Assembly (NCBI GenBank): GCA_976551045.1
Contig: CDPCPM010000022.1
Span: forward strand, 4,464,001 to 4,528,000
DNA: 64,000 bases
Direction: 5' to 3'
From: Glaucostegus cemiculus
Lineage: Eukaryota
Part shown: in pieces, positions 53,161-64,000 of the stretch
Layout of the letters: each line of letters opens with the position of its first letter
How positions within the stretch are numbered: position 1 is the first letter of the stretch
Program-made: the position numbers and the translations under genes
The notes under the pieces: generated by a model
What the model was told of the DNA's origin: nothing
Database searches by the model: none
Seen by the model: only the letters and a program-made list of their open reading frames with translations

Positions 53161-53578
53161 TTCTTGTAATTGCCTCATAACTCTTGGAGGCCAGATATCA
53201 TTCTGGTAAATAAATTTTGCACACATCCTCCAAGACCAACGTATCCTTCAAGTACTGTGGTATCCATAATCTTTAACAGCACTCCAAGCCTCTGTATAGC
53301 TATCACTTAATTCCTACCCTCTTGTACTCGAGCCTGGTAACATAAAGGCCTGATTGATGACATCTTTAAAGTTTTATAAGTATTATTGTCATTATCTAGG
53401 AGATAACAAATAGTTAATTTGCTAAGGAAAATTCTAATAAATAGGATTTAAGGTACTTCATATAGCAACTTTACTAATTCTGGGAGAAACATTTTCCAAA
53501 GGCAATGACATTCTGTGCATATCACAAGATCTTTCTGCAAATTATATCCATAAAAAAGCAATGATTTCTCTTTTTCAG

Positions 53579-53736
53579 GTTTTACTACTAGCAAGGGAGA
53601 GTTAGTTAGGTCTATATTGTACCCAAAGCCAATGGACTTCAAGTTGTACCAAGATGCCTTTCGATTCTTGATGTGCCTCACAATTATTGCAACAATTGGG
53701 ATGATTTACTCAATCTGTATCCTTCTGTTCAATGGG
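53579..53736 (+). CDS. ATP13A4/5-like exon 11 (TM3)
   Basis: 158 nt, (G)[29 protein letters not shown]... Confidence 0.95.
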
Positions 53737-53899
53737 GTAAGTTAACAATAGTCACTGTACACAAATGTACCAGGAGAAATAAATTGTTTGAACGTTTCTC
53801 TCCCACAAATTCTGCTTGACCTGCTGGGTGTTTCCATTATTTTCTATTTTAGTTTTGAATTTCCAGTATCTGCAGTTAATTGCTCCAATGTCTTTTAAT

Positions 53900-54785
53900 C
53901 TCTCACTATTTAAAAAATACTGTTTTTCTACATTTTCATCAAGATCGATGACTTAACATTTTGCACACAATATAACAACTGCCATGTCCTCAGTCATTCA
54001 CTTGGGCTGTCTGTATCTTCTATAGCCTCCCCGTATCATTCTCACAATTCACGCTTTATATCATCAGCAAACCTGGATATATTCTTTCTCATCAGTTCAA
54101 ACAAAATCATTGCAATAGATTGTGGACAGCTGGGCCCCAGCAGTGATCTCTGCAATGCTCCATGAGTTCCAGCCTCTCGACCTGAAAATGACCATTTTGT
54201 TCTTTCTCTCTGTCCATGAACCACGGTCCATGCTAGTACATTCATCCCCGATCCATGGGCTCTAATAAAACCTATTTTATGTTTTCTTATTGCAGACCTT
54301 CTGAAAGCTCAAATTGTAACAAGTAGTTCACTACTCGTTACAAACTCCAACAGACTTGTCAAACAGATTGAATGTTTGAAAGTGAATTACTATTTTCTAT
54401 GATCACTTCAGCAATTTATTCTTGCACATTCCCTGCTACTGAGCTCAGGCTAACTAGTCTGTAGTTCACAATTTTCTTTCTCCTTCCTTTCCTAAATTAG
54501 TGGGATTACATTTTCTTCCAGTCAGGAATTGTTATAGAATCTGTGGAATTTTCGAAGATAATAATCAGTGCACGCACCTCAAAACATTGGGATGCAGGTC
54601 ATCAGACTCTGGGTATATATTGGCTTGAACTCCCATTACCTCCTCCATTACATTTTTTTTCATTAATGCTAATTTCTTTTAGCTCCTCATTCACCCTAAA
54701 CCTATTATTCTCCAATATTTCCAAGAGATTTTTTGCATCATCTCCTGTGAAGATACACCCAAAATACTTGCTAATTCCTTCGCCA
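53900..54785 (-). mobile_element. Degraded CR1 RT fragment
   Basis: ISRFADD motif on the minus strand. Confidence 0.7.
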
Positions 54786-54869
54786 TTTGTGACGCTTAAA
54801 ATTAAAATAGGAATAGCATTCAAAGAATGTCAGTCTGGAGTCAGTATTTTAAATGTCAGATTCAATTAG

Positions 54870-55580
54870 CTAAATCCCTCAGGGTGATGACCCCAGCCCA
54901 ACCAACTTCAACTGCTTCATCAATAGCTTTACCTTCATGGTAGAGTGAGAGATGGTGATGTTGCTGATGATTACACAATATTCAATTACATTTATAACTT
55001 CCCAGATAATGATGCAGTCCTTGTCTGCATTCAGCAATACCTAGACAATGTTCAGCTATGGGCAAGCAGTGACAATCTGCACCAAGAGAAAGTCTAAACA
55101 CCTACCCTTGACATTCAATTGCATTAGCAACATCAATTAGCATGAGCTTCTGTATCTTGTGGGTCATCACTGACCAGAAACTCAGCTGGTCCAACCACAT
55201 AAATATTGTGATGAAAGAGCAGGTCCAGGTCTACAGTGGCCAACTGATCTCTTGATATGCTATCGTCTTTCCACCATCTACAAAATTCACTGCGGTTTCT
55301 TTCCTCGGCTATGAAGATAACATCTGCCAAATCTGTGTACTGTACCAATGGAATGACAAGGACACCAGGTACATGGGATCACACTGCCTGCAAGTTCCCT
55401 CTAACCTTACACTATTCTGAATCAGAAATATATCAAAATTCCTTTATTATTTCTGAATGTAAGCTCTGGAACATACCCAAAATCACTGTAGAAGTATCTT
55501 CACAAGAAGGACTCCATAATTTTGAGATCGTGGTTAGCCACTACTTTCTGAAGAGTAATTAGGAATGGGCAATAAATAAA
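54870..55580 (+). mobile_element. Degraded LINE (CR1/L2-like) RT and 3' end
   Basis: ccctcagggt (PQG), gttgctgatgat (xADD) remnants; aataaa end. Confidence 0.6.
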
Positions 55581-55936
55581 GGCCCTGAAGTGATTTCTTA
55601 TTTATCGTGTATAATCATGTTCCAACTCCCTGTTGTTTATCGACAGATTTTCAAACTGTTAAGACTATTTGTTGCTTTCCACAGAGGGGACTGCAGGGTT
55701 AAGCTCTTTAATGTACCAGCAACTTCCAGCGAAAAAGACCATTAAAATTAAATCAGCTCTGGTAAATTCTGGGCCAATATGAACTAAACCATTCAGTTGA
55801 ATTTATTATCTAGTTTATTCTACAAACCATTGAAATCACCAGAAGTTTTTTGTATAATTCCTATGTTGATGTAATCATGCTTTCTGTGATATGTTTGATT
55901 TAAAATGGGATTATTGACTTCAACTTTTTCTTAAAG

Positions 55937-56125
55937 GTAGCAACTGGGAAAGTAGTGAGGAAGGCACTGGATGTGATAACTATTGCTGTATCTCCTGCCC
56001 TACCTGCTGCTGTGACTATTGGCATAATATATTCCCAGGAAAGACTGAAAAAGAAAGGAATTTTCAGTATTAGTCCACAGAGGATCAACATTTGTGGACA
56101 ATTGAATCTCATCTGCTTTGACAAG
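55937..56125 (+). CDS. ATP13A4/5-like exon 12 (TM4, catalytic Asp)
   Basis: 189 nt, ...[18 protein letters not shown]...[10 protein letters not shown]. Confidence 0.96.
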
Positions 56126-57970
56126 GTATGCCAGTTGATATTTTTAAGTTGATTATTACTGCACAGTAATTACAAAATAATAAATTCTTCACCACAGTTT
56201 TCCTAGCTGGCATAAGCTTGTGTTCATTGATTCTATCACTGCCATCGTTTTGTCTGAATTTATAGTTGTGAATTGAATGAGGAACACATAGACTGATGTA
56301 ATGCACCAAAATTTTACTCAAATTTTGGTTGAAATCAAAAGTAATTTCAATTATTTGCCAGATCTGTCTAACTTTTGCTTAGCAAATGCAGACAGCAAAC
56401 AAATGAATAAATTTATTCACAAGCCAAGCTCTCAATGGTACTGATTCATGTTACTTGGCCTCATCTAGCAGTTCTACCTCAGGTATATCTCAGTGTTACT
56501 TCTTCCACCGCGTGCACAATGCCAGCAATAATATGGATTCTATTTTAGGTGGAAGTTGGGGAAAACAGCCTGAGTGTCCATGGTAGACATCTTTGGGGTT
56601 TAAACAAGAATTCAGATATTTTAAGAGAGTACTTCTGGTGTGATGGCATACTGGTATTTTTGAAGTTCATAATCTTTATCCCATTTTGGTCTATTTACTT
56701 CATAAATATCTGCCAAATGATCAGTATTTCATAGGAAGATCCAGCTCCTAGTTTCATATAATGGCCACTGCAATGAAAGACTCATAAGAACATAAGAAAT
56801 AGGTGGAGTAGGCCATTCAGCCCCTCGAATCTGCTTTGCTATTCCTTGATTCACTACGTACCCAGGAATCTATTGATCTCTGGATGGAATGTGAAGAAAT
56901 TTATTCTCATTTCAGTCCTAAGTGGCCTACCCCTTCTTCTTATTCTATGCCCCATAGTTCTAGACCCCTTAGCCAAAGGAATCATCTTCCCTGTATCTAT
57001 CCTGTTGAGCCCTTTAAGAATTTTGTGCATTGCAGTGGACAGGCAATTGCTGGCATTTCAAGAAATGGTACACAACTTGCAACAAATATGCCCTCCTTCA
57101 AGACACAAACACCCAACAGGAAACACACTCCAACCATGGTTTACAAAAGAGAATAAGGATAGTATGAAATCTAAACATAGAAAGATGGCAAATTTAAGAG
57201 TGGATAAGCAAGTGCTCTAGTTTGTTTGTAGCGGAAGGGAAAAAGCCCATCCATCAGGTTGACCCAAATAACCTACCTCAGTTGACTTTTTCCCTCAGCA
57301 ACATGATCTATAAATATGCCAGTGGCAGAGGCTATTATTCAATCATGTAAGCAAGCTGAAAAGTCATGGATCTTAAACTAGCATCTGTTATTTCTGTTTC
57401 TTAGTCTCATCCCGAAGTATAATTTCCTTAAGGAAAATGAGGCAAAGCAAAAATAATTATATCCAAGCAGCTAACCCATTTAAATCACAACATAACCTTC
57501 AATAAATCAATAAGATCTGACTTTATACAGTAAAGGCATCCTCATTCGCTGCCTGCCAACCTGCCACAGAGAGAAAGATGTTCCAAACAGCTGGCTGAAT
57601 CCTCTTTAATTTGGATTAGAATCATACAAAATAGATAGAAGCATTTATTACAATGTTTTTTTCATATCTCCTTAATGAAACAAAGTATAGACCTGATTAT
57701 AAATTTTATAGAAAACACACACTTAATAATTTTGCTTTCAATATTTAGAATGGTATATATTAACATGTCTGAAATGCACCTCTATTTTGAATACATCTAT
57801 TAATATTCAAACTAAATTAACTGAGGAACTTCAGAAAGCATTAAGCAGTTGTGCACTGATGACCCAAATCATAATCGGGCTGTAATAATCATCGTGCTAT
57901 GTGCAATCTATTGCTTTATGTGGGTTTATATTTTCACCGAATTTAAATAATATTTTCATGCTTCATGTAG

Positions 57971-58032
57971 ACTGGAACTCTGACCGAAGATGGACTGGAT
58001 TTGTGGGGTTTGGCTTCAACTAAAGGCAAAGG
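57971..58032 (+). CDS. ATP13A4/5-like exon 13
   Basis: 62 nt, TGTLTEDGLDLWG; completes DKTGTLT phosphorylation motif. Confidence 0.96.
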
Positions 58033-58869
58033 GTATGTTCCTTTGAAATGATATAACCAGAAACTTTTATAGAGTTTAAACATTGAAGGTGTTCATTGTC
58101 AGGGAATCAGAAAATTTTGTCATTTGCCATATACACATTAGATAGCCTCCATGAGATTGTCTTTAGCTGCCACACAATATTGGAGGTAGGTTTCTCTCAT
58201 AAACATGAGCTACAAGCAAAGTGCTGTATCAAAAGTCAGGATAGCAGGAGTTTGTGACTGTCAGTCATTCGCTGCTGAGTAGTCGGTTGTGTTCCCTTGC
58301 TGGACAACTCATGGAGTGAAGGAACAAGAATTTGGGCTAATTGCCAAGTACCATAGAAATCTGAACCAGGTCCAAAAAAGCACAAAGTGTAGCCATCTGT
58401 TGAGTCCAAGTGAAGAGAGTGACTGATGGTGCCTTGAGAATTTTTCAGTTGAAAGGAATTTTGAATAAGCTGTTAGCTTAAAAGTACTCTTTCCAAGGGT
58501 TTTTCAAAATAGTTCATGATTTGTTAACTCAGATTATTATTTTTAGAAGTGTTTAAATGTATTTAAATTTATTTAGTGGCTTAAAGTTTTTTTGTTTTTT
58601 TTTTACTTTGTTGAGATTTTAAAAAATATTTAACTTTTTTTGTTGAGTTTTTGAATATTTTTAAATGCCTCAGAAACATTCAGTTTTTCAAAAAGATTTA
58701 AGAGTTTGACAAAGTTGTTGCGGTTAATGCTCAAATTTTATTCATATTTTGTAGATGGAGTTAGTGTTGGCTGCCAAATGTGATGTATAGAAGGCCCATG
58801 CAGAGCCAATCCACAGGAACCCAGAGGAAAGTGAATGCAACAGTCGTAATTTTATTATTGAAGATAAAA

Positions 58870-59165
58870 TTCCCCTCAGGTTGGATGAGAATAGAACTAG
58901 AGGTCACAGGTTTAGAGTGGAAGGTATATAAGGAGAATCTGAAAGGGAACTTCTTTACTCAGAGGATGGTGCGAGTGTGGAATGAGCGGAAGTGGTAAAT
59001 GTGGTTTCAATTGCAACATTTAAGAGCGGTTTGAATAGGTACATGCATGGGAGGGGTTTGGAGGGATGTGGACCAGGTGCAGGCAGGCAGAACTAGGCAG
59101 AAGATCAGGTTGGCATGGACTAAATGGGCTGAAGGGCCTGTTTCTGTGCTGTAGTCCTCCATGAC
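58870..59165 (+). mobile_element. CR1 3' end
   Basis: GNFFTQRMVRVWN; gggctgaagggcctgtttctgtgctgta. Confidence 0.88.
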
Positions 59166-59526
59166 TTGGGAAAAAAAAATGCAGATGCTGGAAACTGGAA
59201 ATAACAACAGAAAACATTGGAAATAACTCAAGAGGTCAGACAGCAATGGTGGAAAGAGAAATGGAGTTAATGTTTCCAGCATTTTCTGTATCATTACTTT
59301 ATTGAGCTCAATGGTGAATACAGTGGGTTTGCTGCCAACTGCAAAATCTTCAACTGTTAAAATATTTAAGTGGCAACTTCTATTATTAATAGTACAAATA
59401 CCTTGACTGAGCTTTAGTATACTAAAGAGAAATGACTCCATCTTTAAATTGTTAACAATGCAACCAAAATATATCATAGATTTCTTAAGATTTTATATTT
59501 CTAATAAGACTTTTTTGAATGCCCAG

Positions 59527-59677
59527 TTTACAGAACATATTCAAGTTTAGCAGTGGAGTGAAGTTACCATGGGGGCCCTTCTTTGGTGCCATGGCCAGTT
59601 GCCACTCACTCATTCTTTTAGACAACACTCTCCAAGGAGACCCACTGGACTTGAAAATGTTTGAGACCACAGGCTGG
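59527..59677 (+). CDS. ATP13A4/5-like exon 14
   Basis: 151 nt, ...LPWGPFFGAMASCHSL...QGDPLDLKMFETTGW. Confidence 0.93.
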
Positions 59678-60394
59678 GTAAGAGACAGCCTTTATGCATT
59701 GAAGGAGTTCCATACTTTTCATTCATAGCTCATAGAAATAAATGAATCATTTTACAGATGAGTTTAGTGTCACCATTTTCCAAATTCAGTGTTTTTTTTA
59801 AAATTATTTTAATCTCTGCATCCTACTCTTCACCTTTTGATGTCTAGAGCATAACTCACCTTTAGGCCTCAGCTGTGTCTTTAGATGGTCAGACACTATT
59901 TCTAAAATTCTCTATCACCTTCTGTTCTTTTAAAGTTGTCCTTAAAACTAACGTTTGATTGAGCTTTACTGCTCACCTTCTCTTACCTCCGTGTCCATTT
60001 CCTGAATGCATATCTGTGAAATCCTTAGGATGTTTTCATATTTTATCATGTGTTGTATAAATGTAAAAATATTGCGGTTGTCATTGTTTCAGTATTGATT
60101 TGATGGAATCGCAAAGAACATTAGGAAGGCTTAAGCATGTAAAAATTGGTCAGTAAAGATAAGTTGTTCCACTGTTCCCACCTTGTATGTTTTGGACCTG
60201 TCAGGTACCTACTGTAGTTGTGTTAAGTTTGATAACAAATATTTGAGAACCCATTGTTCAAATTTACATAGGCTGGCAATGGGTCTTTTTGACTATAGTA
60301 GAACTGTTTGTAACAATTAAGATAAGATATATATAATTTGAAACAAATGAAACATATGATTAAACTATAATGTTCTTCTTTGAATTCAACACAG

Positions 60395-60478
60395 GAAATA
60401 AAAGAAAATGCAGCCTTAAAACAGCAAACTGAGGATGCTCATTCATTTATTGTTAAGCCAGGACCTACAGCTAGTATG
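60395..60478 (+). CDS. ATP13A4/5-like exon 15
   Basis: 84 nt AG/GT phase 0/0, EIKENAALKQQTEDAHSFIVKPGPTASM. Confidence 0.85.
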
Positions 60479-60502
60479 GTAAATGATATGAGCTGAACTG
60501 CT

Positions 60503-60722
60503 CATCCTTCCCCACCCATCCCCCTCCCTCCCACCCATCCCCCTCCCTCCCTTCCTCCCACCCTCCCTTCCTTCCCCACCCATCCCATACCCCTCCCTCC
60601 CTTCCTTCCCCACCCATCCCATCCACCTCCCCCTCCCTCCCTCCCTCCCTCCCTCCCTCGCTTCCTCCCTCGCTTCCTCCCTCCCTCGCTTCCTTCCTTC
60701 CCATCCCCCTCTCTCCCTTCTC
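60503..60722. repeat. Polypyrimidine (CCCT/CCAT)n low-complexity tract
   Basis: ~220 nt almost entirely C/T. Confidence 0.95.
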
Positions 60723-60734
60723 AGGCACTCTCTG

Positions 60735-61625
60735 CTGTATCCAAAAGATGTGTAATACTTGGCCTACACCACCTGCCTTGCCACCATCCAGGGCCCTAAA
60801 CAGCTCTTCCAGCTTATCCCCCGGTGTTATTTATTGCATCCAGTGCTCCTGATGTGAGACCAGGTGCAGACTGGGCAACTGCTTCGCCGAGCACCTGCGG
60901 TCTGTCCACCGTGGCCGTCTGGAACTCCTTGTCGCTAGCCATTTTAATTCTCTTCCTCATTCCCACACCAACATGTCTGTCCTCGGCCTCCTCTACTGCC
61001 AAGATGAGGTGAAACACAAATTAGAGGAACAGCACTTCATATTCCTGGGTAGTCTACAACCCGGCAGTGTGAACAGTGAATTCTCCAACTTCTGTAACTG
61101 CTCCCCACTGTCCCCTCTCAACCTCCTCCTGAACTACCTAGTCCCCATCACCCTATCTTTTTCCCCTCCTCCATCCGCTTCATCTGTCCATCAACCAGAC
61201 ACTCCTCCCACTAGATCCCCTCCCCTACTACTCCCCTCTGCCCTCCCCACCTCCCTCCCTTTATCCCAAGCTCCACCTTCCTCTCCTATCAGATTCTCTC
61301 ATCTTCAGCCCTCTGTCACTTCCACCAATCACTTTCCAGCTTCTGACACTATTCCCACTCTCCACTCTCCCATCTACCTATCACTGCCTATCAACCCACT
61401 CCCCTCACCTGGATCCACCTATTGTCTACCAGCTCTTGCTTCAGCACTTCCCTCCACCTTTCTTATACCGGCTATCTCCCCTCTATCTTTCAGTGCAGAT
61501 GAAGGGTCTTGACCGAAAACGTCAACTGTCCATTTCCCTCCATAGATGCTGCCTGACCTATTGTGTTCCTCCAGATTTTTGTGTGTTGCTCCAGGTTCCA
61601 GCATCTGCCGTCTCTTGTATCTCCT
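60735..61625 (+). mobile_element. Penelope-like element 3' part (GIY-YIG remnant plus terminal repeat)
   Basis: VIYCIQC..ETRCRLGNCFAEHLRSV, KLEEQHFIF.LGSLQP; hammerhead-like motif at 61491-61528. Confidence 0.85.
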
Positions 61626-61629
61626 TGTT

Positions 61630-63240
61630 GTTCAGAGGACCTGGGTGTCTTTGTAGACAAATCACTTAATGTTAATATGCATGTCAGGCAAGCAATGAAC
61701 AAGACACATGGTATGTTGGCCTTTACTGCAAGAGGACTTAAGAGTCTTGTTCCAATTATATAGGATATACTTGCAACAGGAAGAAAGCAAAGAAGTTTCA
61801 CCAGGTTAAATTCTTGGATGGATTGTGTGTCCCAAGAGAAGACCTTAAGCAGATTCTCTCTGAAGATTAAATACATAAAGAGACAAGAATCAAACCATTC
61901 AGCCTTTCCACCATTCATCAAGGTCATGGCTGATTTTCTACCTCAGCTCCATTTTCCACATCCCTCAATTCGCTTCATACCCATAAATATATCAACCTCT
62001 GTCAATGACTAAGCCTCCTCAGCCACTGAAGTACAGAATGCCAAAGATTCACCATTCTGGGAGTAAAGAAACCTTGTAATTTTCCTGTCCTTATTCTGAG
62101 ATTCCTCAGCAGGGGAAACATCCTCTCTGTAACCACTGTATTGAGCCCAGTTGGAATGTTGCAGGTTCCAGTGAGATCTCTTCTCATTCTGCTAAACTCT
62201 AGAGCATACTCAATCTTTCTCCAAACAGCCAACTTGCCATCCCAGTGAATCTTTGTTGCACTCCCTCTACAGCAAGTATAAACTTTTCTAGGTAAGGTGG
62301 CTGAAACTGTATGCCATACACCAGGGTTGGCTCATCCATTTCTGTATTCAGATCCTCACGCGCTAAAGACTAACATTTCATTTGCCTTCCAAATTGTTTG
62401 TTGCACCTGAAGGTTGGTTCTTGAACCGACCTGCATAATCCTCACCCTACCTCAGCAATGGAACACAATAGACTTTGACTGTGACTTTTTTCTTGCAATT
62501 AGGTCTTGTTTCTGCTGTCTCTTTTTTCCCTCTTTCCCTTGTGTAATTTATGTATAAGTTATATTCTGTGTGCTGTCTGTACCTATGTGCTTATTGATGC
62601 TGCTGAAGGCAAGTTTTTCATTGTACTGTACCTCACATTACTTGTGCACATATCAATAACTTGACTTGACTTGATCTTCAATGATATGTGTACAAGGACA
62701 CCTTGATCCCTTTGAACATCAACAATGCCCAATTAAATAATTTAAAAATGCTTTGCTTTTCTGTTCTCTGCACCACATTGGATAATTTCACATTTTCCCA
62801 TATTTTATTCCATTTACCATCTTCTCACCCTAAGACTTGTCTATATCCCTGGAAACTTCTTCACATCCTACTCCCCACTTACAATCCCACCTCAGTTTAT
62901 ATCATTAGAAAATTTGGAACTTGACAGGGTTGGATATGGAGTTGATATTTCCTGGTTGTGATGACTAGAACCAAGAAGAACAGTCTCAGAATAAGGAATC
63001 AGTCATTCAGAAAGGAGATAAGAAGAAACTTCTTCACCAAGGAATATTGAAACATTGGAATTCATTACCCATGAAGCACATGGAGGCACATTCAATAAGT
63101 AAACTCATGATACCATTTAATAGATTTTTAGATATTAAGGGAACCAAGGTAAAAGATTAGTGATAATCTAATTGAATGGCAAAGCAGGCATGTTGGGCTC
63201 AATGCCTTACTCCTTTTACTATTTTTTATGACCTTATGAT
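61630..63240. mobile_element. Nested TEs: CR1(+) / CR1(-) / Rex1-like tail element
   Basis: CR1(+) 61630-61865 resumes ~62920; CR1(-) ~61880-62920 (RRDLTG..FFTPRMVNLW) split by 62410-62675, which ends in (ACTTG)n. Confidence 0.65.
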
Positions 63241-63326
63241 TCGAGTCAAAATCATGTAATAAAACTCATATATGTCTTGCAGAGAAATTTACTTTTTTAA
63301 TGCATGGATGCTATTGTTTATTACAG

Positions 63327-63483
63327 GTGTCAAAGGCAGGAATTATAGTCTTGAAGCAATACCCATTCTCATCAGCACTGCAAAGAATGTCAGTTGTAAC
63401 CCAAGTGATTGGTAAGGAGAAGCTAACTGTCTACCTTAAGGGAGCCCCAGAGATGGTTGTTCGTCTTTGCAAACCCCAAACAG
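63327..63483 (+). CDS. ATP13A4/5-like exon 16 (N domain); gene continues beyond right edge
   Basis: 157 nt, ...[14 protein letters not shown]...YLKGAPEMV. Confidence 0.95.
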
Positions 63484-63635
63484 GTTTGAATAGTTATCCA
63501 TGAAAATAAGAGCATTTGATGAATTATTCATTGATATTATGATCAGTTCCTGAAATGAGTAATACATGAAATTCATATCACAAATGGGGATCACAGACAG
63601 GGTTTATTGCAGGAGGAATATGACTCATTTAGGAG

Positions 63636-63705
63636 GAATGCAGATACCAGAGCCTTAATCTCCTACATCAACTAGCAGGAGATTAAGTCTCTGGTATCTG
63701 CATTC
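63636..63705. repeat. Near-perfect 70-nt hairpin (29-bp arms, 12-nt loop)
   Basis: gaatgcagataccagagccttaatctcct / aggagattaagtctctggtatctgcattc, 28/29 complementary. Confidence 0.92.
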
Positions 63706-63747
63706 TGTATGATATCTAATGGGGGACTTCACTGTGCTTTACAATCT

Positions 63748-64000
63748 CACAGAAACAAGGGACTGCAGATGCTGAAATCTAGACATAAAATACTATGATG
63801 CTGGAGGAACTTTCCACTGCCCCCGCCATAGGTGCAACACCTGCCCCTACATCACCTCCATCCAGGGAACCAAACAGTCCTTTCAGGTGAGACAGAGATT
63901 CACCTGCACCTTCCTTAATATCATCTACTGCATTCGATTCTCCAAGTGTGGCCTCCTCTACATTGGTGAGACCAAATGCAGACTAGGTGACTATTTTGCA
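63748..64000 (+). mobile_element. Penelope-like element: inverted terminal piece plus GIY-YIG endonuclease remnant
   Basis: FQVRQRFTC..NIIYCIRFSKCGLLYIGETKCRLGDYFA; preceded by opposite-orientation ctgcagatgctg..ggaggaac. Confidence 0.85.

Noticed and set aside
58240-58800. Segments with an AT-rich core and GC-richer flanks (also ~5300-5830, 7620-8260, 43560-44230) as one element family
   Set aside because: Could not demonstrate alignable similarity or terminal repeats by eye.
60973-61512. 179-aa Pro/Ser-rich ORF
   Set aside because: Penelope C-terminus read through into a C-rich terminal repeat.

Overview
Eukaryotic, AT-rich vertebrate genomic DNA, most likely from a cartilaginous fish (ray or shark). 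That assignment rests on the repeat content: CR1, L2 and Rex1/Babar LINEs, V-core tRNA-SINEs and abundant Penelope-like terminal repeats. Two spliced genes lie head-to-head. On the minus strand is the 5' half of OPA1 (mitochondrial dynamin-like GTPase): putative exon 1 in a CpG island at ~21.6 kb, then exons 2, 3, 4, 4b, 5, 5b, 6-10, with the gene running off the left edge. On the plus strand are the first 16 coding exons of a P5B-type ATPase, ATP13A4/ATP13A5-like (ATG at 32581), which runs off the right edge. Most of the supplied ORF track is spurious or TE-derived. I found no prokaryotic systems, CRISPR arrays or rRNA/tRNA genes, and I cannot support a wholly new biological system. The most notable observations are these. 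(1) An apparent 2-nt frameshift in the OPA1 targeting-sequence exon turns exon 1 into a 27-aa uORF ending 1 nt before a downstream ATG. (2) A young Rex1 LINE sits inside a ~60-bp palindrome just upstream of OPA1 exon 1. (3) There are two near-perfect hairpins of pre-miRNA size. (4) The P5B PPALP motif reads SPALP. (5) Penelope-borne hammerhead-like motifs share a CAGAUGA core variant. Homologue comparisons are from memory, not from a search.
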